From the NCBI GenBank assembly GCA_010093995.1, contig ML992503.1:1417234-1481233 (forward strand): 64,000 nt of DNA, given 5' to 3'. The position numbers were made by a program, and so were the translations under genes. Shown piece by piece: positions 25,655 to 39,047 of the stretch. Source of the stretch: Elsinoe ampelina. Lineage: Eukaryota. How positions within the stretch are numbered: position 1 is the stretch's first letter; each line of letters opens with the position of its first letter. The notes below the pieces were generated by a model. That model saw only the letters and a program-made list of their open reading frames with translations. It was not told the DNA's origin and searched no databases.

Positions 25655-28270
25655 TCACCCAGAGTAAGCAGTAAACCCCAAATCCCACTCCGGCCTCCCG
25701 TCCCGCCACGTACTAAACTCCACCTCCCCCGGCATCTCCCTCCCATCGCTAAGCCTGAGCCGCGGAAACGAATCATAGGCCCAAATCCATCTACTCTCGC
25801 CATCGGGCGCCGCCCCGTGATTGACAGGGTCGGTGAACGGTCGTCTCGCGGGCGCAGCAGTAGCTGGCAACCGACCCTGGTCATTCTCATATCGGGCACG
25901 ATCGATGTCTTGTTGGGCGCGGAGTCTGGCTTGGGCTTCTTCTCGGCTTTCTTCCATGCGTCGCGAGGGACCGTGGCCGACGATTGGACCTGGTCTACGC
26001 GTTGGGCCGGGGACGGGGACGGCGCCTGGCTGTGGTGGTGGGGGTGCTTGTTGGCGGGGAGCATGTGGGTTGTTGTTGGGGTCCCAGATGTTCTCTTCTT
26101 GGGCGTCGGGGAGGGCGGGACCTGGTTGGCCTGTTTGTCCTGGGATGCCTGGTTGGCCGTATTGAACCGGACCGTCTGTGGGAATTTGGCGCGAAGGGAA
26201 CGGCCGATGGGGTGGGAAGCGTATGCGAGGGTTTGCGAAGATTGGCTGGTTGGGCTCTTGCTGGGGAGTGGTTTCTGACGCATTGGTCAGTCCGAAGAAC
26301 CATGCAATGTTGGTGATGATGTTGGAGAATATACCTTGCTGCTGCTCTGGTTGAGTTGGAGATGGCTGTGATGGCTCTGGTGTCGGTAGAGGTTCGGGCA
26401 CGATACAGTTCTCTCGTAGTTTCTTCGCAGCCGGTCCGTTAACGAGGACCAAGGCACCAGAATGCCACCCTGCTGCTGTGACGGACAAAGCAAAGTAAGG
26501 GGCGAGGTTGTCGTTCGACACTGCCTCCTCTTCAGCTGTTCGAAAAGAAGAAGTGGACTCGGCACTTGATCGAGTTGGATCATATGGCGCTTGCGAGTAT
26601 TTATCTGCCCAAGCATTGCCCTCTTGCTCGATCCATTCGCTGACTTCGGCCTGGACAGTAGGATGCGAGCACATCCGGATGCGTTCGACCGCTTCTTGTG
26701 GGTTATAGCCGCCGCTTGCAATGTACTTGATCCATTCGCGTTTCTCCGGCTCGAACCACACCCTACGACCAGTGGTGTATGCATGAGGGACGAGCTTGCC
26801 GTCGCCACCAAGACCAGCATACCTGATTCCGCGAAGACGACCTTCAGGATCTCGGTTCCCACCTAGACCTAACGAGCCACATCCTTGACTCTCGGTCCCG
26901 TAAGAGGTGATGTAACCGTCTTTGTGAAGTGCTAAGAAGTGGTGATCGCCAAAAGCAAGCTTTATGACACCCTTGTTTTGTAATGCAGGTACGCTCATGA
27001 ACTGACTGGTCGCTCTCGAACGAGGGTCTTGTCTCCAATCATTGATGAGATCTTGCGTGCCGTTGAGGACTTCTCCGGACTTCATGAAAAGTGCAAAGCT
27101 GCGGAAGGTGCCTTGTACATCGGTGACAAACTCCGAGTCGCTAAGTTGGTCTTTAGTCGCAGGAGGTGGTGTCCCTTCATCGTCGACGTGTGGGAAGATT
27201 TCGAAGAGCGGACCTGGTTGGTCCTCGTCGACCCAGCTCGCAAAGACTTTCCCCAGATGAGTATTGAAGATGATACAGTGTTCCAGAACGACGAATTCTT
27301 GGACCTCGCCAATTTCCTCGTCAGGTGATGCTGCGCCCACCCTCTTGCTACCCAACGATGCTCTTTCGAAGCTTGTGCGAGGTACTACGCCAGTCTTCAT
27401 GACGAGCATGGTGTCATGTTCCTCATAGCCGCGCGACTGTTGTACTGGCTGCCATAGTACGACGCCCGTCCCTCTGACCAATGCCGCGCTCTTCCCCCAA
27501 CCTGCCACAACCTTCTTTACAAGTGGTTTCCCATTGGTGTTACCTCTTTCGTTCAAATCGATACCCAGCAGCTTTATTTGAGCACCGACTGCCCCCGCAT
27601 CTGACCAGCTCCATATCCTTCCCTTGTCACTCAAGCCCAAGACATGTGCTCTGCCCATGGAGAAGCTCCCCAGCGCAGTCTCTGCCTCGTATCTGCTTTC
27701 TGGATCCACCCAGCCAGGTGGGTATTTCAGTCGTACAGGGACACCTCTTGCTGCTTGCAAAGAAGGCGGAGCTCCCCAAGTATCCTGTCCATTGATAGTC
27801 CCAGCAGTATACAGGCATCCCTTGCTGGTCAAATATGTTGTTCCCCACCCGCCGGCTTGCAGATCCGCGATGATGCCACCTTCACCTTCCATCTCTTCTG
27901 GCCAGCTGACCTGTCTTGCACGCCGTGCCCTCCTCATCCTCTCCGCTGGAGGGATTGCATGGATCTGGTCCTGGGTGAGGTACGAGTGACCGAGCTGACC
28001 TTTGCTGTTGAGGCCCCATGTATAAGGCTTGGTCTGGGTAAGGAGCCGCTTGTACAACTTCTTCCAGCGAGCGCCATCTGTTGAAACGACTGGCTGATTG
28101 GGTACACGAAAGGTGTTGTGCACTGCTGAGTACCAGTATGTCGGCGAAAGTGAAAGACTCGGGTCTGCCAGATCTTTCGAAGCCGCTGTGAATGCCAGGA
28201 ACGAAGGGACGTCTAGATAAGCATTTATTAGGTGAAGAATGTCGAGAGGGAGGTCGGAGAAGGTAGCCAT
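25655..28270 (-). CDS. SAF1: F-box protein with RCC1-like repeats (SCF-associated factor 1 / Pof9 type)
   Basis: F-box FSDLPLDILHLINAYL; YTWGLNSKGQLG, LQAGGW, SMGRAHVLGL, VAGWGKSAAL, LAFGDHHFLAL, AAGWHSGALV; C-terminal FPRLRLSDGREMPGE. Confidence 0.88.
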   Translation of the reverse strand: MATFSDLPLDILHLINAYLDVPSFLAFTAASKDLADPSLSLSPTYWYSAVHNTFRVPNQPVVSTDGARWKKLYKRLLTQTKPYTWGLNSKGQLGHSYLTQDQIHAIPPAERMRRARRARQVSWPEEMEGEGGIIADLQAGGWGTTYLTSKGCLYTAGTINGQDTWGAPPSLQAARGVPVRLKYPPGWVDPESRYEAETALGSFSMGRAHVLGLSDKGRIWSWSDAGAVGAQIKLLGIDLNERGNTNGKPLVKKVVAGWGKSAALVRGTGVVLWQPVQQSRGYEEHDTMLVMKTGVVPRTSFERASLGSKRVGAASPDEEIGEVQEFVVLEHCIIFNTHLGKVFASWVDEDQPGPLFEIFPHVDDEGTPPPATKDQLSDSEFVTDVQGTFRSFALFMKSGEVLNGTQDLINDWRQDPRSRATSQFMSVPALQNKGVIKLAFGDHHFLALHKDGYITSYGTESQGCGSLGLGGNRDPEGRLRGIRYAGLGGDGKLVPHAYTTGRRVWFEPEKREWIKYIASGGYNPQEAVERIRMCSHPTVQAEVSEWIEQEGNAWADKYSQAPYDPTRSSAESTSSFRTAEEEAVSNDNLAPYFALSVTAAGWHSGALVLVNGPAAKKLRENCIVPEPLPTPEPSQPSPTQPEQQQGIFSNIITNIAWFFGLTNASETTPQQEPNQPIFANPRIRFPPHRPFPSRQIPTDGPVQYGQPGIPGQTGQPGPALPDAQEENIWDPNNNPHAPRQQAPPPPQPGAVPVPGPTRRPGPIVGHGPSRRMEESREEAQARLRAQQDIDRARYENDQGRLPATAAPARRPFTDPVNHGAAPDGESRWIWAYDSFPRLRLSDGREMPGEVEFSTWRDGRPEWDLGFTAYSG

Positions 28271-31200
28271 TGCGGAAGCCACTGGTTGCCCTAGTGTGTT
28301 GATATCCGAGATATGAGGAATGCTAGTCTTCAGGGAGAATCTCGGTGTATGAAAGTCAAGCCTAGTAGTGTGTTTCAATGTATAGCAAGCGTACAGGTAT
28401 CGAAGAATTCGTCAATGCTGTGTTTGTTGATGTCGGGCAAAAATTATGAGGTGTGGTTAAAGCTACTGCCTGATCGGGAGCTGCACGCGAAACAGGAACG
28501 TGAAGCGGTGACGTAGGTAGCTTCGAGGACAAGGCTTGGAGGGGCAATTCGAGTGCCCCTCCATCAATCAAAAGTCCTGCGGCATTCACGCAACTGTTTG
28601 GGAGCCTCGGCGGAATTGCCAGGCAAGCGGTCAGCCACCTGCAGACGGGGAGTGTTGATGCTCTCCACCATCATGGGTACCTCCAGCCAAGCGTACCTTC
28701 ATCCAGGCAATGCACTTCGCAAGGAGAAGCAGAGAGCCTGTCTGTCAGCCGCCCAAGCTCTCAGGTCTCGATGGCTTTCGGACAAGAGACCGCCCGGGCC
28801 TAAATTCCATCCCCCATCACGATCGCTACAGCTCGACAGACACAGCTAGGGAACCGCTATGCCTCTGGCGTGCTCACAAAAAGGCCTAGCTGGCCTCGAT
28901 CCACTCTGTACCATCGCCGCTGATGTTTAGTGCCGCTTCCCACTCCCGTGGAGCTGGAAGATGCTGACCACGTAGAGTAGCCGCATGTGCCGTCCTAAAT
29001 GTATTCTAAGCTGTGACCACGGGATGCAGCGGTAAGATTCTGAACTGCTGAAGAACGTACGTCCAGCAAAGGCAGGTCGCACGACGTCCCTGTGATACAG
29101 ATGCGTTGTCTGCCGCTTTTGCGTGGCACGAGCAAGGTCAGTCGGCGGCCACTCCAGATGCGATCTGATAATCCTAGCCGGAACAGTCTGTGCTCTGCAT
29201 TGCACATCTTCTCGGAGCCGCAAAGACGGAATCGGAAATCGCGAAGGAGAGGCAGACCGCAGACGTGCGCGGCAGCCAAGTGTGCGCCCGTCGGTGGGAT
29301 CTTGCAGGACGCTTGCAGGGGCGCAAGCTGTCCCGTGACAAGCACTGTTCCTGACATTGCATGAAGAGCTCTCGAGTGGCTTGCAGGGCGTGCAGACGGC
29401 TCCACAGCGGTCTGCAAGACAGAAAGTGTCGCGATTCGTGCTAGACAAAGTGTTCGTCTCCGTTGGCCTCGAAAACTAAGGCCCACACCCACCCTTCAGC
29501 GTCAAACGCGATCCTTCGAATTCATAATGGGTCCGCGGGAAAATTTAGTGCGCGCGTGACGAGACCCGGCCGTACTTCGATCTCCACCAAGCCGTGTTTA
29601 GCATTTGAGCAGTTGAACTTCTCAGAAAGTCATGCGGCGGAAACATGGTTTGGAGACAGGTATTCAGAATCGATCCGAGTTGGTCGTGATGCAGCGCGTA
29701 CGCTGCATGCTCCCTTGAACGATTGAGGGATCACAAGCCCTGAATGATGTAATCGTAAGAGGACCTACCTCTTCACTGTCGTTATGGGGATCTGACTCGA
29801 GGTCTAGCAGGTCTACTATTGCCTCCTAAAGCTTGTTTCCTGCAACTTCAGCGTCCAGTCAGAGGCGTTGGAGATGCAATGTGACAGCAAGCATACTCCA
29901 AAGCTTTGTGCGACATCGCTAGGAAAAGATGCCGCAGGACTCATTAACATCAACAACTTTCCGTGGTGGGATAGAGTTGAACGATGGATGTCTGGATCAG
30001 TCCAAGTGCTCAGCCACGTTCGATGCCATCGCTCACACCATCTTCCATCCCTTGCAACGGTCTTGCATGCAGCATGATGCGTGGTTGACTTAGGCAGTCG
30101 GATCTTGCACAAGGCTGACACGTGAGATGATGGCACGAATACCAGACGTTTGTACTACCATCAAGACCGCTTCAGCGTGAACACGTCCCGGTATAAGCTC
30201 CTGCGGCGTGACGTGATGGTGCTTTAGCAAGCTTCGTGAATGGTCAAAGTCTGAGACCCTGACTATCCTCCGTCATAGCAGAAAGACGATCATGGTTCTT
30301 GTTTGTGCAAATCTCCTACTTTTGGTCGTCATCAGTCTCATAGTCTCTCTTTTGTACATTTGACGAAAATACGTCGGTGGTACTGCGGTCCCAAATGCCA
30401 TGGCGAGATGTGATGCTGAATCGCGGACATACGCTCGCTGGGAATAACTTGCTATGCGGAACTTCGGCAAGCAATTGCACGGCTCAGCTGTGTTTCTGCT
30501 GGGGCCCCTGGGCCACCCAAACTTTGGTCGACTCGCGGTTCGGACAAAATGCGGCCATGTTCGATGCTCTTGCAGCGCCTATCAATCCCACGACGCTATT
30601 CTACAGATCGCCCATCCATGGTCGTTGTTCTGCATGCTGTACTGGCCCGGCAGCTGTAGCTCTACCAAGCTGTGCCGGATTCATGTGGTTGAGTCGCTAA
30701 AATGACATCGGCTAGAGATACAAGTCCAGGGATATTTGACTCCAATGTAACACTTTATCCCAAATGAAAAAGGAGGACTTCACTCTTCAATCAAATCATC
30801 TTGGCCGACTGTCAGTGGCGGTAGGCGCACAGCACCAGGGTTTCGAGAGTGCTAGTCCACGATTGGAGTGGTGCGGCCTGACCTTCTCAAGACCGGACAA
30901 AGGATCGTCGAGGTGCTAGACATTTTTTGCATGACAGGTCCATGCGTTGGCCGATCGCATGCCTCGAATGGTGTACGAAAAAACTAATAAATGGCAACCC
31001 GAAGCCGGTGTGGATGCTCGTCGCGCTTCACTTGCCTATATCAAACTTGAGGGCTGCATAACTGTGCTAAAGCACAACATGCGCAAACGGATCCACTTCT
31101 ACCAGCGTCGAGAGCTCCAGACCGGCGCACTGCCAGGCGCTTGTGCCTCGTATGGTTTAGCTTTCTTCAGAGACAAGCTCGCTGGCCGTGGGCATTTTTG

Positions 31201-31964
31201 ATTGATGCCTCGATTCTTCGCACAATCCCCAGATCCTCGTTGCCCCAGATTGCAGTCCCCGGAAGCGCACAAGCCGTGATTGCAATGCCATCGCTTACTG
31301 TAGTCTTGTGGACATGAATGACACGGTGGTGATCAAGGTCTGCGACGTCCTGAGACATTTTGGTATGAACAGGCTTGCTGCAGGACGGCGCGAGCATGTC
31401 TGAAAAGGACTAGCGGGTAAGCCGTTTCTCACCATGCCGAGTCGAAGCGACTGCATGAAAAACTGGAGCCATTAACTGGCATGGCACTGGGACCTGTATC
31501 GGAACCGTGGCACACGCTCGTACCAAGACGCCGCCTTCCCCAGACCCCCAGACTTGCTTGACACCGCCCGAAACCCACAAGCCTCACCCATCATCAGGCC
31601 TGTCTTGCCAGAGCTTCCCATTCGCCGTGAGTCAGTTGTGTCCAGTGGTTCGCCCGGTAGAGGTACGACAGCAACCAGTATCAGCGCCTCTGGAGTGAAC
31701 GTCGTCCCGAAAGTCAAGAGGGTACTGTACCAGCAGCAGGGGCGGCAAGAACAGTTCGTGTTTCCTTGGCCCAGTGGAAGTAAAGGTCCCTTAGGTCACG
31801 CCGTCCCTTCGGCTGGTGTGGACTTGTGGCTCCCTCGCTCCAAGGCTCGCTCGATCATTACGGAGTTGCAGCGGCTCGGGCAGGTTCAGAACAGCTGCTC
31901 CTGGCTGTACCCTTATTCCGTCCTGCCCTAGACCCAACTCTATCTCGTCTGTGAGCACCGGAGT

Positions 31965-32080
31965 TTTCGGCCTGTTGTCGCTCTCTCTTCGCCTTTCCTT
32001 CTCTTCCTTACTACCTCACCTCTCTTCTCTTCTCTTAGACCCTGACCCTCATCCTCCAGTGACGACTCTTTCTCTCCAAA
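31965..32080 (+). promoter_or_regulatory. CT-rich core promoter / transcription-start region upstream of the AmdX-like gene
   Basis: Pyrimidine tract ctctctcttcgcctttccttctcttccttactacctcacctctcttctctcttctc about 500 nt upstream of the ATG, typical of fungal TSS regions. Confidence 0.45.
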
Positions 32081-32549
32081 GTATACTTCAGACGGCAGTC
32101 AAGAAAAGACCCGGGCAATTCCTACCGTTTATAACGTCTACAATTGCAAGACGGTGTGACATTTGTGTTGGCGGCGGGTTTTGACAGTCTGGGGACCCCG
32201 CGACGTCCCTCATTTTTGCCCACCGACTGCCCGCCAGGAAACACTGGATCGATATTCTCCCTCTTGGTCTGGCAAAGCATCCATCGCGTTTGAGATTGGC
32301 TGTCAAGGTACATCTGGTGATTGAGATCCGGCAAAACAGAAAATCGCCATCTTATACCACAATTGGAAGGAAAGAGCGTCCTTACGGCTGGGCCGGTCGA
32401 ACATCACCCCACTACGCCCTATTTCACTCACACATCCGCTTCCCCCACGACACAGGCAGAGCTCGTGATTCGGACTGACAGTCAAGATCTATCACAGCTC
32501 ACTGCCTCTGTCATCAGGTCCTTCCACCTTCTCCCAGCCTGTCTCACTC

Positions 32550-35500
32550 ATGCTTGCCGAGGCTCCAACCGCAGAGGCGCAGAGTCCAGATCTGCCCTCT
32601 CCCAATTCCAATGCCAGCGGATCAGGCGAAGGAAGCCCCGACGACTGTAAGTAGCTCATCACGAGCAGACACACCTCTCAAGCTGACCGTACGTAGCCCA
32701 GCGGAGCACAGTCAAAACCGGAACACAGAAATCAGACACACAATTCCCTCCACCAAAGACCGACAAACCTAGGCCACATGTATGCGGGACCTGTACCAGA
32801 GCCTTTGCCAGGCTGGAACACCTAAAGCGCCATGAGAGATCGCACACGAAAGAGAAGCCCTTTGAATGTAACGAGTGCTCGAGGTGTTTCGCCAGGAGAG
32901 ACTTGTTATTACGACACCAACAGAAGCTACACTTTGCACAGGGTCAGACAAGACAGCGAAATGGCCGACGAGACAGCGTTAGCGCCGCTTCCACAGCCTC
33001 CAACAGTCGAGTGAGAAAAAACTCGATCGCAACGAGCACCACCAGCAGCACTGCCCTAGGATTTGGCTCTCAGCGGCCCAGGGCTGCAACGATCGCCCAC
33101 CTCGATGTTACCAGCCTTGGACTAATGTCTCGCGCGAATGTTTTGGGCCTAAACGATCATCGATTGAGTATCAGTGGACTCCCAGGTGCTGGTAATGTCG
33201 AATACCGCGGCATGTCGAACTCGATTGGCCATCATGGTCCGATACACAATTTGCCCAAGCTGGACACCAATGGCCTCAAGCAGGAAGTCGAAGCTTCTCT
33301 ACATACCGCACCGGCATTCCCCGGATCACAACATTTCAACTTCGATCATGCATTCAACCAGTCCACAAACGGCAACACAGTCAATCCTGCCCAGCTACAC
33401 TTCGGCGCCGGGTCACCTATCTCTCCTTTCCCTCAACTGGGACAATTCGATAGTCAAAACCCAATGGACACAATGGGCGCAGATGAGCAACAATGGATAC
33501 AGAACTGGACGGACATGCAAATGCAAATGACCAATGGCAACGATTTCGCAATTGACGAGTCATCGCCTTCGCACTTGAGTAATTCAACGAATGGTCTAGG
33601 TCAATCAGACAATATCATGGATCCGAACGCCATGCATTTGACCATGGGGAACATGAATTGGGTGTCTGCTGATCCATCGAGCCAACCGCTCATGACACCG
33701 GCCGCATTTCAATTAGACATGCTGCAGAATGGTCTTCCGAGTCTGGATCAGTCCATGACAACATTATCTCCTCAGATGCTCCAAGAGTCTTCCAGCCACG
33801 ACTTCTTCAACCAACCATACATGCAAAACAATATGAACATGATGCAACAACAGCAACATCAACATCAGCAGTCTGTTCCTCCAGCATCGTTATCAAACTT
33901 TGGCTCCGACAGTCCAAGCATGTCCTCCTCAATGACTGGCAGTGCTCGACAGAGCTCAGTAACTTCCGTGTCAACCAGCTCCATCACTGATGCCACACGT
34001 CAAGCGCTTCTGATCAGCTTGTCACAGCCTTCAGTGTTCGGGCACAACCATCGCAAGTATTCTCAACCATCAATCTCATCACCTCTCTCACCAGGTGGAG
34101 CCGTTCGTTCAGGTCCGAATCTACCCAGCACCGCCGATCTGCAGCGCTATGTTAACGCATACATTCAGTACTTCCATCCCCATCTCCCCTTCCTCCACAT
34201 TCCGACAATGTCCTTTGATTCGGCCGATTACGTCAACAATTTGCGGACCGCGAACATGCAGACTTCGTACGGTCACGCGGGTATTATTGGAGGAGGTGGA
34301 TGCTTAATTCTAGCCATGGCAGCGATCGGCGCTCTTTACGAACTCGACCATGGGGCATCCAAAGAGCTCTTCGATTCGGCTAAAAGAATGATTCAGCTTT
34401 ACCTGGAAGAGCGACGGAAGGCAGACATGTCAGCCGCTGTTGGCGGATCATACGCTAACGCCGGTAACTCATCGCACAACACTCCGCTTTGGCTGGTCCA
34501 GGCAATGCTGTTGAACGTGATTTACGGCCACCACTGTGGGGACAAGCAGGCAGCAGACATTGCAAGTACTCATTGCGCAGCGCTCGTGAGTCTGGCCAGA
34601 GCTGCTGAGCTCGCACAGCCTGCAGCGAAGACCAAGGGGAATGATGCCAGTGACGAAGGCTCATCGCCTAGAAGCGATTCCCACCCACCACAATCAGCAG
34701 GCCACTTGGCATGGCTCAAATGGAAGGACACTGAAGAACGCAAACGGACTCTTTTCACAGTCTTTATTCTTTCGAGTCTGTTGGTCACAGCTTACAACCA
34801 CGCACCTGCCATTATGAACTCGGAGATTCTACTGGATCTGCCGTGCGAGGAAGATTTGTGGGCCAGCGAGAGTGCTGGTGATTGGCTTGCGAAAGGTGGA
34901 AATCAAGCTGCAGAATCAAACCGACTTCCATTCGCCCACGCCCTCACTACTCTATTGACTGCAAACCAGCGAAAGTCTGGCGGATTCAGCAACAATTGGT
35001 ACGCTCAACTGCAGAACGGTAACCTCCCACGACAAGTCGGACGCGAGGTCGATATTCGGCCAAGCACTTTCGGGTGTCTGATTCTCATCAATGCACTTCA
35101 CAACTTCATCTGGGAGACAAGAAGCAGACATCACAGTCGACAGTGGACGATTCAGGAGACAGAACAAATGTTTGCACATATCGAACCGGCTCTCAACGCA
35201 TGGCAGGCTGCATGGAAAGCAAATGAGCACCATCACTTGCAGCGCCCGAATCCAGTTGGTCTCGGTCCTCTCTCGGCTGATAGCATACCTCTACTGGATC
35301 TTGCATTCGTACGCCTCTTTGTCAACCTCGGGCCATCCAAAGAGGCATTCTGGAATCGAGACTTTGATACAATGGCAAACGAGTTCGCCCGAAGCACAGA
35401 GGTCATGCACAACAACGATGACGCACGTGGATCCGATCTGACCACCGTAAAGGAGGGCTCAACAGCTTCTCAAAGCCGACAGGGTCTTCGTCGTCCCAGC

Positions 35501-36170
35501 GAGGTCCTTCGAACTGGTCAAGGGAACAAGCGGGAGCGTCACCTCCGACGTGCTGCATTCTACGCTGCTGATTCCCTCTCGATCTCAGCCAAATTCAACC
35601 TCACTTTTGTTGACGGATCCGCGCACGAATTGCCAATTCAGTCATCAATGTGCTTCTTTGACTGCAGCCAAGTGCTCGCTGAATGGGTGTCTTCAGTTCA
35701 AGAACGAGTCGGTCGCTACTGCGGAGTCCTCGGCAGAGACGATATTGACTTTAGTCAAGTCCCTGCCATCATGCTTCTCGATGCTGAGGATGTGGAACTC
35801 CTCAACAAGATTGAGCACATCTGCAACCTTATGGAGCAGAAGCTCATCCAACAAGCGCACATCATACCCGACTTCAGCACGATCGATCCCAACGCCACGG
35901 TTCAAAACTTGCAACAGCAGCTTGAAAAGTTGCCAGCACTTCGCGATGTCGGATATGGGGCGAGGATACTCAAAATCACGGCCTTCATGCTGGAGAAGGC
36001 CGCCGTCTGGCCAGGTAAGCCACCTCGTTATCTGTGTCGGTGGGTTGAAATCTAACATTGATATAGTGACTCACGTCATGGCCAATGCCCTCCACGTCCA
36101 GTCCAACCACATGACCAAGCGCGCAGATTCATCTCTCACCGCATGTTCTGTCGACCAGCCTAGCCACTGA
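32550..36170 (+). CDS. amdX: C2H2 zinc-finger plus fungal-specific TF domain regulator, AmdX/Adr1-like (3 exons)
   Basis: ATG at 32550 (MLAEAPTAE...), then a phase-1 intron (GTAAGT..CTGAC..TAG), then [63 protein letters not shown]. Also [13 protein letters not shown] and EERKRT..FILSSLL. Last exon ends at 36170. Confidence 0.88.
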
Positions 36171-36950
36171 TATGACGCATTGCCTATAACTGTACGATGA
36201 CCAACAAGATACGAGCTCCAATGCTACGAATACGCCCATGGTTCACGATTCTATGTCCGCAATTTCCCTTCTTACATACCTTCTGCACGAGATCAGAATT
36301 CAGTACATACATCTCCGTTTCCGAGCGACCATGATTCTGATCTTACAACTGTTCATACTGGGCCAGGTCTCGTGGAGCGATTTATGCAAAATTCCATCAA
36401 TAACGACAAAACGAATTCGAGAATCAGTCTCAGCCTTTCACAACTTCGTTTCTACCACGTCAGTCCCATGTCGAATCAAAAGAATATGTCAAGTTCGCTG
36501 CAAATTCAACGGAATACCTTTCGGAGCTTTATTATCACGGCATATTTATGAATATAAAAGAAACACTCGCTTGATGTGAGGAGACATACACAGTTGAGAT
36601 CTATGGACGGGGCGTTATCTGGTTTCTGAGATGAGTGATGAGATGAGGAGATGATCGAAAGTGATGGATCACGGGGGATCTGATGCAGCGACGATGAAGT
36701 CGAGGAAAAGCAGGACAAAAAGCACTGGATCGATTGTCGATAATACAAGCAGGCAATGGCCCTCCTCGTATATCGGCACTTTCAACGAAAAGCATCGCCA
36801 GCCACTGCCACTTGAGCAGCAGGTCAAAAGCTTGACAAGAACGGCACTGCTGGGGAATTGGTAGAGCCAAAAGCGATATAGCGCTCAATTCAAAATTTTT
36901 GACGCTGCTCTACACAGCTCCTTGCCAAAACTGTACAATGCCTCTCGATC

Positions 36951-39047
36951 TCAACCCCCTTCCCTCCCCTTGATCCCCAACCCTTCAATCCCACCCCCTC
37001 TCCCCTTCCCCTTCATCCTCACACTCCCATCCCAAACCCCCTCTCCATCTCGATCCCACCTCCCCGCCTCAAACTCCTCCCTGGTCATTCCCTTTCCAGT
37101 CTCCGCCCTCCCCTTCCCCTCCCCCTCTCCCTGACCAGAAACAGCCACACTCACCTTCCTCCTCACGCCAATCCCCATCCCAAACCCCCTGCCTTCCCCC
37201 GCCGTCCTCACCAACCCCCTCACGCCCCCCATCTTCCTGCCAGGCAACTCCCCCTCCCCGGCCCCCATGCACGCCACCACGTACGCCAGATTCGGCAGCG
37301 TCTGCCTGATGTCCAGCACGCGCACGTTGAACGCGTTGGAGAGGAGGACCTGGATGTCCTTGTTGAGGAGGAAGAGGGCGTACTCGAATCTGAATTTCGG
37401 GCCGGAGCGGGGGTGCAGGGGGAAAGTGCGGGTCGGGTCTGCGAGGGCCGGGGGGAGGAGAGGGGAGGTGGGGTAGGGGGACGGGGAGGCGCCGGAGGTC
37501 GGGGGGGATTTTATGTTGCTTATTGGGTCGGTGATGGTGGAGGTTGAGCTGTGGGGGTGGGGTGGGTAGGGGAGGGGTTGGGAGAGGTAGAAGCTTAGTA
37601 GGAGGAGGGTGTGGGATGCGTGGCCTAGGGCGGCGGAGATGGTTTCGGGCGTGGAGGTGTCGAGGTCTTCGCTGTCCGGGAGGTGGAGGGAGCGGATGGT
37701 GAAGGAGAGGGGTTTGGAAGGGAGGGGAACGATGGGGTAGATCCGGGAGAGGTCGTGGGCGATGCGGCGCCGTTGGTTGGTGATGGATTTGGAGAGGATG
37801 GTGAGGTCTTCTTGGAGGGAGGGGAGCGTGTCGGTGGAGGATGTGAGTTGGGAGATGCTGGTGATTTGCTCGGTGCGTCCGGTGGTCAGGAGGTCTCGCC
37901 GCTTCTGTAGAGAGTCGCGCTTTTGGGACAGTGTTTGACGCAGTACACGTAGTTGCTTCTCGACTGTCGTCTTGGCGTATTCAACGGTCTTTAGATAGTC
38001 CTTTGCCTCTTTGATCTTCGTACTCTCCTCCAGTGCCTGCCGATTGGATTCTACAATGGTATTCAGGTCCGAAGACAAACGTTCTCGCAATGCTAGAGCG
38101 TCTTGGATACTGTCGTCTAGCTTAGACAGTCGTAGTAGGGCATCGAATGAAGCAGATCGAATAGTCCTTGGGGAGGACGGCTTCGCTTTGGTGATGGCGA
38201 ATGGATTGACCGGCTCCTCCACCTGGGCGTCTGTAAAACAAGTGTAGTAGCCATCTGTAAGCTGAAAGATGACACAATTCTGCGGGAAAGGATGACTGAA
38301 TGTGGCGAGGTCTTTGCCTATAAATTGGAGCGATCGTAAGTTGAGTGACATGTCGAGGAGGATCTGGTAGCTCTTCTCCTTGCCGCTTCTAACCCAAAAT
38401 TTCACTCGTAGCTCCTCTTGACGAGTGATACCCGGACCACACGCATCCCAGTCAATTTGCCTGAAGCTCGGGTTCATGGACTTCTTGATCTCCTCGCTGA
38501 CGTAAACCGGCTCCTTGTTATTGGCGACATGCAAGGTATAGAAGACATCAGCCAGTCTTGCCGCGGAGACGGCCTCCAGACGAGTCTGTCTTCTTTGCGG
38601 CGTCTCGGAAGCCCATTCCAGAGTGCTCCTCCTTCTCAACTTTGCTCCAACCGGTCTTGTCCTCTTTTCCTTCTTGGGCGAACCGTTGATGGGTCCTCCA
38701 TTGGTATGCGAGTCCCTGTCTTTGTCCTCATGAATCGGCCTGAGCTCGTCTGAAGACTTCGAATGACCAAGCACTCGGCTCTCGCGCAGTGCCAATTGCT
38801 TCGCCGGCGACTTCAATGTATTTGGTAGCGCATCATCGTCGATGACCTTTCCTCGATATCGACTGTCGACTAGTACTAGTGCAAGGTTGCGGAGAGCAAT
38901 GGACTGTAGGTGACGCAATTTACGATTCTGAGCATTGTCAGTATCTCATCTAGAAATCAGCATTGACTGACATACCCACGGCACCAACCAAGGTCGCTCA
39001 CGTGTCGTCCATTTCGATTGCTTTGTTTCTACCACGGGGGATGCCAT
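36951..39047 (-). CDS. VPS38: Vps38/UVRAG subunit of PI3K complex II (2 exons)
   Basis: MASPVV...RERPWLVPW/NRKLRHLQSIALRNL; LRRRSTLEW; LADVFYTLH..PVYVSEEIKKSMNPSF; coiled coil; LSRIYPI; SAALGH; FEYALFLLNKDI; LDIRQTLPNL. Confidence 0.88.

Noticed and set aside
24426..26316. Long antisense and alternative-frame ORFs over eIF4B and SAF1 (e.g. 339 aa, 251 aa, 222 aa)
   Set aside because: Shadows of GC-rich, skewed coding sequence with few stop codons; low complexity and no domain motifs.
31554..31931. 125-aa ORF upstream of amdX
   Set aside because: Non-ATG start, no recognisable motif, and it lies in probable promoter DNA.
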